A stretch of DNA of 64,000 nt from Planctomycetota bacterium (GTDB taxonomy: Bacteria; Planctomycetota; UBA1135; GCA-002686595). Shown piece by piece: positions 47,229 to 56,683 of this stretch (within the stretch, counting starts at the first letter, position 1; each line of letters starts with the position of its first letter). The translations under genes and the position numbers were made by a program. The stretch lies in NCBI GenBank assembly GCA_028823345.1, contig JAPKBR010000009.1, positions 26,551 through 90,550 of the forward strand, in the 5' to 3' direction. Under the pieces are notes generated by a model. The model ran no database searches and was not told the DNA's origin. It saw nothing but the letters and a program-made list of their open reading frames with translations.

Positions 47229-47555
47229 TTGAGCGCTATTCGTAAATCGACCATCTCCCATGGGGAACCCCTCGTGTTCGGAGATGCCCTGAAGCGCTAT
47301 CTGCGCGAGTCGGGCCTAGGGGCAAAGCTGCGCAGCGGCGACGTGCACGAGGCCTGGAGCAAAGCCCTTGGACCAAAACTAGCCGGACGGGCACGTTCGG
47401 TCAGCTACCGGGGAGGCGAGCTTGTCGTGGAGGTGGAGTCCGCCGTTCACAAGCAAGAGCTCGAATCATTCACCGCCGAACGATACCGGCGGAAAACCAA
47501 CCAACTTCTCGGGACGGAACGAATCCACCGAGTGACCATCAAACTGAAGAAATGA
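47229..47555 (+). CDS. DUF721 (DciA-like) protein
   Basis: 108 aa with the DUF721 pattern (VHEAWSKALGPKLAGRARSVSYRGGELVVEVESAVHKQEL). TTG start. ATGA overlap with gyrB. Confidence 0.75.
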   Translation: MSAIRKSTISHGEPLVFGDALKRYLRESGLGAKLRSGDVHEAWSKALGPKLAGRARSVSYRGGELVVEVESAVHKQELESFTAERYRRKTNQLLGTERIHRVTIKLKK

Positions 47556-49993
47556 CCATGACCGAGAGTCAACCCTCTGGCAACTACGACGCCGGCCAAA
47601 TTTCCGTACTGGAAGGCCTTGAGGCCGTCCGTAAACGGCCCGCTATGTACATCGGCGATACCGATGTGCGTGGCGTGCACCACCTGATCTGGGAAGTGGT
47701 CGATAATGCTGTGGATGAAGCCCTGGCGGGGTTTGCGTCCCACTGCGTGGTCAAGTTGCACGAAGACGGTTCTGTGACCGTGGAGGACGATGGCCGCGGC
47801 ATTCCCGTGGACATCCACCCCGAAGAGGGGGTCTCGGCTCTCGAGCTGGTGTTGACCAAGCTCCATGCCGGCGGAAAGTTCGGCGATGGGGCCTACAAGG
47901 TCTCTGGCGGCTTGCACGGTGTGGGCGTTTCCTGCGTGAATGCCCTGGCGGAGTCTCTTGTGGTTACCGTTTACAAGGACGGCCAGATCCACCGCATGGG
48001 CTTCGAGCGTGGGGACGTAAAAACCCAAATCGAAGTGATCGGCGACACGGAACGCACGGGCACTACGGTGCGCTGGAACCCGGACCCTGAGATTTTTAGC
48101 ACGCTGGAGCACCAGCACGAGATCGTTCAGAAGCGCTTGCGGGAGACCGCCTACTTGATGGGCCGCAGCGGTTTGCGCCTCGAGCTGTTTGACGAGCGCA
48201 CCGATACCCACGAGGTTTTTGAATACCCCGATGGCTTGATCGCTTTCGTGCAAGACGCCAACAAGGCGCGCACCCCGCTGCACCCGGAAGTCCTGTCCTT
48301 CGAAGGATCCGAAGATTCCAGGGATAATCCAGGGGAGGTCTATGAGGTCGAGCTGGCCATGCAGTGGACGGATAGCTACCAGGAAAACGTCTTCACATTC
48401 GTCAACAACATCCACACCCAGGGGGGAGGCACGCACCTAACGGGCCTTCGGTCGGCTCTTGCCCGCTCTTTGGGTAACTACGCTCGTAGCGAAGGCTTTC
48501 TTAAGGACAGCGACAAGGCACCGTCGGGCGAAGACTACCGCGAAGGCTTAACCGCCGTCTTGTCTCTGAAGGTGCCCAATCCCCAGTTTGAGGGACAGAC
48601 CAAGGACAAGCTGGGAAACCGTGAGGCCCAGGGCATCGTCGAGTCTGTGGTTGGCAAGAAGGTCAGCACATTCCTCGAAGAGAACAACAAGATTGCCAAG
48701 GGGATCGTCATGAAGGCGATCCAGGCCAAGACGGCCCGGGATGCTGCGCGCAAGGCGCGGGACCTAGTCCGGCGTAAGAGCGCCCTTGCCAGCGGCAGTT
48801 TGCCCGGCAAGCTGGCGGACTGTCAGTCAAAGAAACGCGACGAGACCGAACTCTTTATTGTCGAAGGTGATTCGGCTGGCGGCCCCGCAAAAATGGGGCG
48901 CGACCGGCGGATTCAGGCTATTTTGCCCATCAAGGGTAAGATCCTCAATGTCGAGAAGGCCCCCTTGGACAAGATGCTTGCACACCAAGAGATCTTGCTC
49001 ATTGTCCAGGCGCTCGGCTGCGGAATTTCGGGGGATTTGGACCCTGAAAAAATCCGCTACGGCAAGACGATCATCATGACTGACGCTGATGTGGACGGAT
49101 CGCACATCCGCACGCTACTGCTGACGTTCTTTTTCCGGCACATGCGCCCCCTGATTGATGAGGGCCGGCTGTACATCGCTCAGCCTCCCCTCTTTAAGGT
49201 GTCCAAGGGCAAGAAGTACAAGTACCTGGTTCACGAGAACGCCCTGCGTGGGTACTTGTCGGAAATCGGTACCGCCCAGATGAAGATTGAGGACTCAGTC
49301 AGCAAAACGACCTTTGAGGGAGCCGCCATGCGCGAGCTTGCCCTCGTGCTGACCGAGCTTGACGGGCTCAAGGGCGCGGTGATTCCCATTTGGGCGCCGA
49401 TCACCTACTCCGAACTCATCGGCCGCTGGAACGGGGAGAAACTCCCCACCTGGTGGGCGCGCGCGGACCAGACGGACCACTTCTTCGAGACCCTGGAGGA
49501 GTACGAGAACTTTGTCGAGCTCCGGCGCGGCATGGTGAAAGAAGACCTGGTTATTTACAGCGGCCCCGAGGGCGGCGTCTTGATGGCGGACTCTCACATG
49601 CAGGGCAGCAAACTGATGCGCTCCGCCGATGTCGCCGACTGTCTCACCAGCTTGGCGGCCATGGGGATCAGCGTGAATGGGGGCGGCACCTGGACCGTGA
49701 CGGGCGGCAAAGAGCCTAGGGAGTGCAGCGAGATCAGCGAGCTGGCCCTCGTTACCCGCAAGACGGCTGAAACGGGCGTGGATATCCAGCGCTACAAGGG
49801 TCTTGGCGAGATGAATGCCGACCAGCTTTGGCACTCCACCATGGACCCCGAGACACGCACGCTGCTGAAGGTTTCGGTGGGGGATGCTTTTGAGGCGGAC
49901 CAGATATTCACCATCCTGATGAGCGACGGGGTCGAGGCGCGGCGTGATTACATCGAGAAACACGCGCTTGAGATCATCAACCTGGACGTTTGA
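47552..49993 (+). CDS. gyrB: DNA gyrase subunit B
   Basis: GHKL ATPase (LEAVRKRPAMYIG, HHLIWEVVDNAVDE, GGLHGVG) and Toprim (EL(F)IVEGDSAGG, IMTDADVDGSHI). Confidence 0.97.
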   Translation: MTMTESQPSGNYDAGQISVLEGLEAVRKRPAMYIGDTDVRGVHHLIWEVVDNAVDEALAGFASHCVVKLHEDGSVTVEDDGRGIPVDIHPEEGVSALELVLTKLHAGGKFGDGAYKVSGGLHGVGVSCVNALAESLVVTVYKDGQIHRMGFERGDVKTQIEVIGDTERTGTTVRWNPDPEIFSTLEHQHEIVQKRLRETAYLMGRSGLRLELFDERTDTHEVFEYPDGLIAFVQDANKARTPLHPEVLSFEGSEDSRDNPGEVYEVELAMQWTDSYQENVFTFVNNIHTQGGGTHLTGLRSALARSLGNYARSEGFLKDSDKAPSGEDYREGLTAVLSLKVPNPQFEGQTKDKLGNREAQGIVESVVGKKVSTFLEENNKIAKGIVMKAIQAKTARDAARKARDLVRRKSALASGSLPGKLADCQSKKRDETELFIVEGDSAGGPAKMGRDRRIQAILPIKGKILNVEKAPLDKMLAHQEILLIVQALGCGISGDLDPEKIRYGKTIIMTDADVDGSHIRTLLLTFFFRHMRPLIDEGRLYIAQPPLFKVSKGKKYKYLVHENALRGYLSEIGTAQMKIEDSVSKTTFEGAAMRELALVLTELDGLKGAVIPIWAPITYSELIGRWNGEKLPTWWARADQTDHFFETLEEYENFVELRRGMVKEDLVIYSGPEGGVLMADSHMQGSKLMRSADVADCLTSLAAMGISVNGGGTWTVTGGKEPRECSEISELALVTRKTAETGVDIQRYKGLGEMNADQLWHSTMDPETRTLLKVSVGDAFEADQIFTILMSDGVEARRDYIEKHALEIINLDV

Positions 49994-50084
49994 GGCGGAA
50001 TCGGGAAAAGATTTCCTCATTCTGGGCCTTCAAGGGCTCCAGCCCCGGGCTTGATGCGTTCGATAGTGGGTAGGAACCCCACCT

Positions 50085-50762
50085 ATGGCTCATCACTCTC
50101 AACGTCTCGGCTTTAGCCGTTTAGCAGACCACCTTGCCGATTGCGGCAAGGTCGAACCGGATGTGGCCCAGGGTCTCTGCGAGGCCTCACGGGCCGGCGG
50201 GCAGCCTCTACCCCAGGCTTTGGTGGAAGAGGGCTTATTGTCGGACTGGGATCTGGCTAGGGAGGTCTGCGAGGTCTTCCACTTGGCCTTCGTGCCGGTA
50301 GATGTGGCCAAGCCAGACACCGAGCTACTGAGTCTGTTTGAGCCGGGTTTTCTGCTCGAGCACGGCCTCGTCCCCCTTGCGCGCTTTGGTGACCTAGTCA
50401 CCATGATCATGCCGGGCATTGTGGAGGCGGACACCCTAGGCTCCCTCGCGGCCCTCTCAGACCTCACCATTCAACCGGTGGTTGGAACGGTCCAGGGAAA
50501 CAAAGCCTGGCTGGCTAAGCACCTCACACCCAAGAATGAGGGCGCTCCGGGGGAATGGGGCTCCTTGTTTGACGAGGGCGATGCCGCGGTCAAGGCTGCC
50601 CTGGGTCCGGACCAGGAGTCCTCGGCAGAGGAACCTCTAAGCCTTTTGCCCAACAAGACCGAGCCGAGCCAGGGACCGTCCATGGCCCGGTTGCTTGGGG
50701 ATGAACATCTCGACCTGCCACCTGCCCCTCATTTTGAAGAGCAGAAGCGGGAATCCCAGTAG
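50085..50762 (+). CDS. Stand-alone T2SSE_N / MshEN-like domain protein
   Basis: The N-terminal ~130 aa resemble the GspE/PilB N-terminal domain (RLADHLADCGKV...; LPQALVEEGLLSDWDLAREV; LLEHGLVPLARFGDLVTMIM). No ATPase domain follows. Confidence 0.5.
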   Translation: MAHHSQRLGFSRLADHLADCGKVEPDVAQGLCEASRAGGQPLPQALVEEGLLSDWDLAREVCEVFHLAFVPVDVAKPDTELLSLFEPGFLLEHGLVPLARFGDLVTMIMPGIVEADTLGSLAALSDLTIQPVVGTVQGNKAWLAKHLTPKNEGAPGEWGSLFDEGDAAVKAALGPDQESSAEEPLSLLPNKTEPSQGPSMARLLGDEHLDLPPAPHFEEQKRESQ

Positions 50763-50764
50763 AC

Positions 50765-51574
50765 CTATCGGCGCGGAATTTCCCAGTCGCCGCCGAGTCG
50801 CTTGACTAACAAACGGTCGGACAGTCGCGGGGCAAAGGGAGTCAGGGCCCCTAGGACTTTCCACTTCCAGCGCAGGGTCTTTTCCGGCTTAGGCTGGACC
50901 GCGAGGGCCAGCACCTCTTCGGCCACCGACGCTGCAGGGTCCGCCCGGTTTAGTTCGGGATCGGAGAGCCCCGCTGGGTTGGGTTGGGCGTCGAAGAACC
51001 CTGTCGTGGTCAATGCCGGACAGAGGGTGCAGACGGCGACGCCGTCCGCGGCCAGTTCAATACGCAACGACTCGCCAATCGAGCAAAGGGCGGCCTTGCT
51101 GGCGGCGTAAGCCGCTTGTCCAGGAATCCCACGGCGTCCCACCACCGAAGAGACGTTGATAATTACGGGCTTGCGGCCCTTTCGTAGAAGCGGCAGGGCT
51201 GCCTTGCTCATCAGTAGCGGGGCAAAGACATTGGTCTGAAACACTCGCATTAGGGTGTCTGCCTCGAGCTCTTCAAGGAGGGCGCGATATCCAATGCCCG
51301 CATTGTTAACCAACAAGTCCAAGCCCCCAAAGGCGGCGCGCAGCTGGTGGATTGCCCGTTGGATGTCCTCGGGTTCATTCAGGTCTGCGCGGATGACCAG
51401 GTGCCCAGTTCCGGTCAAGGTGCGGCGGACCTCTTCTAGCTTATCTGCCCTGCGTGCGAGCAATGCCACGGTGTAACCCGCAACGGACAAGCACCGCGCG
51501 GTTGCCGCGCCGATCCCTGAGGATGCGCCGGTGACCAGGGCGTAGGGGACATGGGTTGGGGTTGCGCCGGTCAC
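50765..51574 (-). CDS. Short-chain dehydrogenase/reductase (SDR) family oxidoreductase
   Basis: VTGASSGIGAA, NNAG, and the S...YxASK catalytic motif (YAASKAAL). Confidence 0.9.
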   Translation of the reverse strand: MTGATPTHVPYALVTGASSGIGAATARCLSVAGYTVALLARRADKLEEVRRTLTGTGHLVIRADLNEPEDIQRAIHQLRAAFGGLDLLVNNAGIGYRALLEELEADTLMRVFQTNVFAPLLMSKAALPLLRKGRKPVIINVSSVVGRRGIPGQAAYAASKAALCSIGESLRIELAADGVAVCTLCPALTTTGFFDAQPNPAGLSDPELNRADPAASVAEEVLALAVQPKPEKTLRWKWKVLGALTPFAPRLSDRLLVKRLGGDWEIPRR

Positions 51575-51575
51575 G

Positions 51576-52163
51576 TTAGTTGTCGCTGGTTGCCAATTTG
51601 CGGTAGCGACGGTAGACCTTGGACCAAGCGGTGATTTCCTTGATCACAATGCGTACCTTCCGATCCCCGTCACCATACTCGTCCCGAATTTTTAGCTCCC
51701 AGTCCCGTACGTCATCGAGGGCGGCGGTGAACTCTTCTCGGGCGGCGACGGCCTTGGCCACATAGGTCGTCTGATCTCCGCTTTTCTTTGCGGCGGTGGC
51801 TGCCGCGTCAAGGGCCTTTCCTTTTCGCGCGTGTGCTGTTCCGCGCGTCCACGCATCGGAATCAAATAGGTCGTCGGGGGATGAGTCATAGGCGCGGGGG
51901 GCCGGCGAGGCCTGGCTACCCGTGGGGCCGTTGGATTTTGCGCGGGTTGGAATTGGGGTGGGCGCCGTCCGGTTCAGGTCCGCAAAAGGGTCAGCCTTTT
52001 CGTTGGCGCGTTCGAGGGCTTCCGCCTGGTCTTTGCTTGGGCCGCCGGAAGATCCAGCAAACTGGGAGATCGCGACGGCGCCCCCGATGCCAACGAAGGC
52101 CACTAGCATTGCGGCCATCAGGGGGCTGCCAAGATTTGGGGTGTCGGAGGGGCGGTTGCTCAT
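51576..52163 (-). CDS. Hypothetical single-pass membrane protein
   Basis: One TM segment (LMAAMLVAFVGIGGAVAI). The ORF is tightly packed between rsmB and the SDR gene. No family recognised. Confidence 0.5.
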   Translation of the reverse strand: MSNRPSDTPNLGSPLMAAMLVAFVGIGGAVAISQFAGSSGGPSKDQAEALERANEKADPFADLNRTAPTPIPTRAKSNGPTGSQASPAPRAYDSSPDDLFDSDAWTRGTAHARKGKALDAAATAAKKSGDQTTYVAKAVAAREEFTAALDDVRDWELKIRDEYGDGDRKVRIVIKEITAWSKVYRRYRKLATSDN

Positions 52164-52246
52164 GGGGCTCTGATTCTAGCTCAGGGATCACTCTAGGCAG
52201 GTGGGAACCACCTGGTAACGGGGTCCCAAGAAAGGAGTTAGGGGAA

Positions 52247-53563
52247 TTAGCCCTTGGTGCGACGCAGGCGTGCTGCAAAGCCGCCATCCACCGCCCCCGC
52301 GGGTCCGGGGAGTGTCAAGAAGGACTCGTCCAGTTCAAAATCCGGGTGTTCCTGGAGGAAGCCGCGGACCCGTTGCTCGCCTTCTTCCGGTTCGATACTG
52401 CACACCGACCAGACCAACTGGCCGCCAGGGGCGACTCGTTGGGCGGCTTGTTCTATCAGGGTGCCCTGCAGGTAGGTCAACGCCTTTATGTTGGCGGGGC
52501 CAAAGCGCCAGCGGGCCCCGGGGCGAGCACCTAACACGCCAGTGTTCGAGCAGGGCGCGTCCACTAGCACGCCGTCGAAAAGTTCGCCATCTGCCAGGGC
52601 GGACCCTCCGTCGCAGGCAACCAACTGAATCGGCATCCCTCCTCCTTGGCGGTGCATCTCGGGGACCATAAGAGAAAGCCTTCGTGCGGAAATATCACAT
52701 GCTATGACGCTTGCTCCCTTGCGCGCGAGCTGCATAGCCTTGGTTCCTGGCGCAGCACAAACATCAAGGGCACGGTCCCCCGGTTTTAGTTCGAGCATGG
52801 CCCCCGCGCGCTGGGCGGTTTCCCCCTGGACCCAGACCTTGCCCTGGGCAAAAGCCTCAGACTGCAAAACAGCACCGATTTGGTTTGAGGGGATGTGAAG
52901 GGCTGACGAGACCTTGGAGGGGGCTGCATCCTCGGCTCCAAGGGACGCGATATCGACGACTTCCTCGTCGTTGGACCAAAGGCAAAGGGGCGGCTCCTGA
53001 AGGTACCATTTGGCCAGTTCGGTGGCGGCCTCTTCACCGTGGCGGGCACTCCAGCGCTTGAACAGATGCGAAGGAACATTGAGCACGTCTTCGGCCCAAA
53101 GAGCGGGGTGTTCTGTGGGGTCTCGAAAGACGTGGCGTTCGAAGTGCCAATTGCGGTCCGGCAAATCGCAGCGGGGGTCACCGCTGAGCCCGAGGTGTAC
53201 TTGGCGCTGCACTTCGCGAAGAACACCATTTACAATTCGCCCCTTAGACATGCCCAGGGTTTCACTGGCGGCGGATACCGTTTCGCTGATAGCCGCGTGA
53301 GGGGGCACGCGATCCAGGAACAGCATTTGGGTTAGGCCCACCCGAATGTGCGCGGCTAAGTCCGGCTTAGGGGTGCCATGGGTGAAGCGCGAAACGATCG
53401 CGCGCAGGGTGGCGCGCCTACGGATTTCCGTACCGACGATCGCGCGTAGCAGCCCGCGGTCCCGGTCATCGAGGTTTTCTTGATGCGCAGCGCGATCCAC
53501 TTCGCGCAGGGGTTGATTTGCACCGGAGCGCAAAATGGCCCAGGCAATATTTCGTAGTGTCAT
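52247..53563 (-). CDS. rsmB: 16S rRNA (cytosine-C5)-methyltransferase RsmB/Sun
   Basis: NusB-like N-terminus and a SAM-MTase core (DVCAAPGTKA, DAPCSNTGV, VWSVCSIEPEE). 4-nt overlap with fmt. Confidence 0.9.
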   Translation of the reverse strand: MTLRNIAWAILRSGANQPLREVDRAAHQENLDDRDRGLLRAIVGTEIRRRATLRAIVSRFTHGTPKPDLAAHIRVGLTQMLFLDRVPPHAAISETVSAASETLGMSKGRIVNGVLREVQRQVHLGLSGDPRCDLPDRNWHFERHVFRDPTEHPALWAEDVLNVPSHLFKRWSARHGEEAATELAKWYLQEPPLCLWSNDEEVVDIASLGAEDAAPSKVSSALHIPSNQIGAVLQSEAFAQGKVWVQGETAQRAGAMLELKPGDRALDVCAAPGTKAMQLARKGASVIACDISARRLSLMVPEMHRQGGGMPIQLVACDGGSALADGELFDGVLVDAPCSNTGVLGARPGARWRFGPANIKALTYLQGTLIEQAAQRVAPGGQLVWSVCSIEPEEGEQRVRGFLQEHPDFELDESFLTLPGPAGAVDGGFAARLRRTKG

Positions 53564-54516
53564 GAGGTAGTTTCTGCTCCAAGCAGGTCTCCCGGCGTGA
53601 GCTTGGAGCCGCGTAGGAAGGCCGCGCCATCCATGGCGGACTTGCCCGCGGGCTTGACCTGTAAGAGGTCGACCGAGTTAGATCCCGTGGCCGAGTCCTT
53701 GCCACAAGCCACTCTAAAGCCTGGACCTCCCAAGAAGGTGCCCGGAGGCTCGTTGGTGCTGGAGGATTCTTTGAGCGCGAGGACCGTAAGGTTTTTTCCG
53801 CCCGGCAAGTGAGTGGAGGCGCCCGGCCAGGAGTTCATGGCGCGCACATGGCGCCGAAGGGCGCTTGGGTCGAGAGACCAGTCCAAACGTCCGTCCTGTT
53901 TGCGGATCTTGCGGGTCATGGTCACGGAACTGGGGTCCTGGGGGATAAATTTTGCGGTGCCCAGATCCAGTTGGTCGAGGGCTTGGACGAGGGCTTCACC
54001 GCCGAGTTCGGCCAGCCGTTCCATCAAGTCCTTGGCGGTTTCTTCGGGTTCGATGCTCGTGCGCTTTTCCAGCATCACATCCCCCTGGTCAAGCCCCAAG
54101 ACCATGCGCTGGATCGATACCCCTGTTTCGGAATCCCCGGCCATGATCGCCGCCTGTACGGGAGCCGCGCCGCGCCAGCGGGGCAGGCAGGAGCCATGAA
54201 TATTCAGGGCTCCGTGGGGCGCAAGGTCCAGGGCCTCCCGGTTGAGGATTTCCCCATAACTCGCGACCACGAGGATCTCGGGATCCAGGGCGCGCAATTG
54301 GGCGAGGGTGCCCGGTTCCTTCAGGCCGTTGGGCTGCAACAGGGGGATCGAGTGGGCGTTCGCCAACTCGGCCACGGGGCTGGCTGCTTGAGCCCGCCCG
54401 CGCCGCTGGACCTTTGATTTGGGCGTAACGATCCCAATGACCGGGTGTTTCGAACCCAAGAGCTGCCGCAAAACTGCAGTAGCAAAGGGCGGGGAACCGA
54501 GAAAAAGCGTGCGCAC
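53560..54516 (-). CDS. fmt: Methionyl-tRNA formyltransferase
   Basis: LFLGSPPFA, NIHGSCLPRWRGAAPVQ, and a C-terminal Fmt domain. Confidence 0.93.
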   Translation of the reverse strand: MRTLFLGSPPFATAVLRQLLGSKHPVIGIVTPKSKVQRRGRAQAASPVAELANAHSIPLLQPNGLKEPGTLAQLRALDPEILVVASYGEILNREALDLAPHGALNIHGSCLPRWRGAAPVQAAIMAGDSETGVSIQRMVLGLDQGDVMLEKRTSIEPEETAKDLMERLAELGGEALVQALDQLDLGTAKFIPQDPSSVTMTRKIRKQDGRLDWSLDPSALRRHVRAMNSWPGASTHLPGGKNLTVLALKESSSTNEPPGTFLGGPGFRVACGKDSATGSNSVDLLQVKPAGKSAMDGAAFLRGSKLTPGDLLGAETTS

Positions 54517-54535
54517 CTTCGGTGGCTGTCAGCCC

Positions 54536-54859
54536 TTAAACGTGGGGCTCGACTGCCTCTTTAAAGGCGGGGTAGGGCATGGCGCCGGAAATGGTGTGTG
54601 AGACCTCGCCATTCTTGAGCACCAGGAATGTGGGGATCGACATGATGCCGTAGCGCGCGGCCACATCAGGGCAATCTTGCGTGTTGAGCTTGACAACCTT
54701 CAGCTTGCCCTCGAATTCTCCCGCAAGTTGGTCAACCGATGGTCCCATCATTTTGCATGGGCCACACCAGGGTGCCCAGAAATCCACCAGTACAGGAGTG
54801 GAACTATCAATGACTTCGGCTTGCCAGTTGGCGTCGGTTACATCCAGGGGGGAACTCAT
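54536..54859 (-). CDS. trxA: Thioredoxin
   Basis: 107 aa with the canonical VDFWAPWCGPCK motif. Confidence 0.95.
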   Translation of the reverse strand: MSSPLDVTDANWQAEVIDSSTPVLVDFWAPWCGPCKMMGPSVDQLAGEFEGKLKVVKLNTQDCPDVAARYGIMSIPTFLVLKNGEVSHTISGAMPYPAFKEAVEPHV

Positions 54860-54924
54860 GGGTTTTACGGCTTGGGTGTCTTGAACAAAGGCAACGCTTA
54901 AAGGTCGATTGCCGGCGCAGTATT

Positions 54925-55854
54925 CTAGTCATCGGGCGTGGGGTCGACTAGTTCTGATTCGGTCAGGAGAGTATTAGTTGCGTCTGTAGGAGAAGCCCCT
55001 AGGGGCATGCCCCCAGGGCCCTCTAGGGCCTCATCGGTTTTTTCCTCGTCGGAAAATTCCTCCGGCGGGTCCTCGTCCATGAATTGCGAGGAGCGAATGA
55101 GGGACTCAAAATCTCCCTCGGAATCCTCGCGCAGGAGGAGTTCGATGGGGCCTTCTTGGGAGGCCTGGGTGGCAGTGACGAGACCAATTTTGACCAGCTC
55201 GAGGAGGGCGCAAAAGCCACCGATCATGCTGGCCCTGGTGGGCGGTTCGCCGTTGATGAACAAGGCTTCTTCAAGGGGTAGTCGTCGGCGGTCGCGGAGC
55301 ACATTTGCCAGCATGGACACATACCAGCGAAGGGGGCGCGAATCGCCTGATATGGAATGCACGCGATCGGCGAGGGTTTCGCGCATGAGGCGTGAGAACG
55401 AAGACAGGAGATCCCAGATGGAGAGTTCGCCCATGTCGAGTTCCCTTTCCGGCGCGAACATGCGCGCCTCCCCCGTGAATCCCCGCAGATGTTCCATGGA
55501 GCGGCGCGCGTAGCGGTCTTCCAAATCGTCCGCGGCCCCGCGGAATTTACGGTATTCGATCAGGCGCTGGATCAGTTCGTCCTGGGGGTCGAGCTCATCT
55601 TCAAGGTTCACCTCTTCTCGCGGCAAGAGCGAACGGCTCTTGATCGACATCAAGGTTGCCGCCATCACGAGGAAGTCGCCCGCGACCTCGATATCTAGAT
55701 CTTTTAGGTGCTCCAGATAGGCGAAAAACCCGTCAATAACCCCGGCAATCTTAACATCCTTGATCTCGACCTCTTGCTCGCGCACCAAGTGCAGCAGCAA
55801 GTCCATAGGACCTTCAAAAACCTGTTCAAGGTGAACTGTGTATTCGTCGGTCAT
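54925..55854 (-). CDS. scpA: Segregation and condensation protein A (kleisin)
   Basis: FEGPMDLLLHLVREQEVEIKDVKIA... is typical of ScpA. The Met at 55854 overlaps the upstream stop (TAATG) and is preferred over 55893. Confidence 0.88.
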   Translation of the reverse strand: MTDEYTVHLEQVFEGPMDLLLHLVREQEVEIKDVKIAGVIDGFFAYLEHLKDLDIEVAGDFLVMAATLMSIKSRSLLPREEVNLEDELDPQDELIQRLIEYRKFRGAADDLEDRYARRSMEHLRGFTGEARMFAPERELDMGELSIWDLLSSFSRLMRETLADRVHSISGDSRPLRWYVSMLANVLRDRRRLPLEEALFINGEPPTRASMIGGFCALLELVKIGLVTATQASQEGPIELLLREDSEGDFESLIRSSQFMDEDPPEEFSDEEKTDEALEGPGGMPLGASPTDATNTLLTESELVDPTPDD

Positions 55855-56507
55855 TACCAGTTGCCTCCCGTCAGAGCCCAGACGAAATTCCATACGGCCT
55901 CGGAAGCCCCTCCCAGAAACTCGCGGGATCCGGGCAGTACAAAGAAGACGAAGATGACGATCATCAGGCCAAAGGACTCGAGCCGCATATAGGACGCGCG
56001 CAGACCTGAAGGCAAGAGGTACGCCATGACCCGCGATCCATCAAGCGGCGGAATGGGCACCATGTTGAACACCGCCAGAAAAACATTGGCGATCACGCCC
56101 CAATAAAGGACGGTAGGCATCAGCGCGCTGGGCTCGTAATTGCCCCAGTGGATCGAGGCCTTGAAAAGTACTGTGAGCAGAATCGCCAGCAGTATGTTCG
56201 AGAGGGGCCCGGCGATGGCGACCAGGGACATATCCCTCAAGGGGTGGCGTAGACGGTGGGGACTGACCGGGACAGGTTTGGCGCCTCCGAATAGAAACCC
56301 GGTGCTCATCCAAAGGAAGAGGGGCACGATTAGGGTCATGACCGGATCGATGTGGACGATCGGGTTGAGGGTCAGGCGCCCCTGTTCTTTTGCAGTGGGG
56401 TCTCCGCACAGATTCGCCACAAAAGCGTGGGCAGCTTCGTGGATTGCCAGAGACAGGATCAAGATCGTGATCACTGCGCCAGTTCGAATCAGTTCTAGGG
56501 TATCCAT
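55854..56507 (-). CDS. Site-2 protease (M50) family membrane metallopeptidase
   Basis: HEAAHA (HExxH) in TM1, a polytopic protein, and a downstream PPLDGS motif. Confidence 0.85.
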   Translation of the reverse strand: MDTLELIRTGAVITILILSLAIHEAAHAFVANLCGDPTAKEQGRLTLNPIVHIDPVMTLIVPLFLWMSTGFLFGGAKPVPVSPHRLRHPLRDMSLVAIAGPLSNILLAILLTVLFKASIHWGNYEPSALMPTVLYWGVIANVFLAVFNMVPIPPLDGSRVMAYLLPSGLRASYMRLESFGLMIVIFVFFVLPGSREFLGGASEAVWNFVWALTGGNW

Positions 56508-56683
56508 GGGGGGCGGTCTTGGGGGCAGAATAGGCCCTGGGGCCTCAGCTATCGAGGGTCTTTGGCGCTTCTTGCCGTGGGCCGGTCTTCAATCTTACAA
56601 TGCGATGCCCGTGACCGTCCCCTTGGACGGCAGCATCTTCCGCGGGTCAGCTGCGGAGCGGCTCATTGAGCCCACAAAACCAT

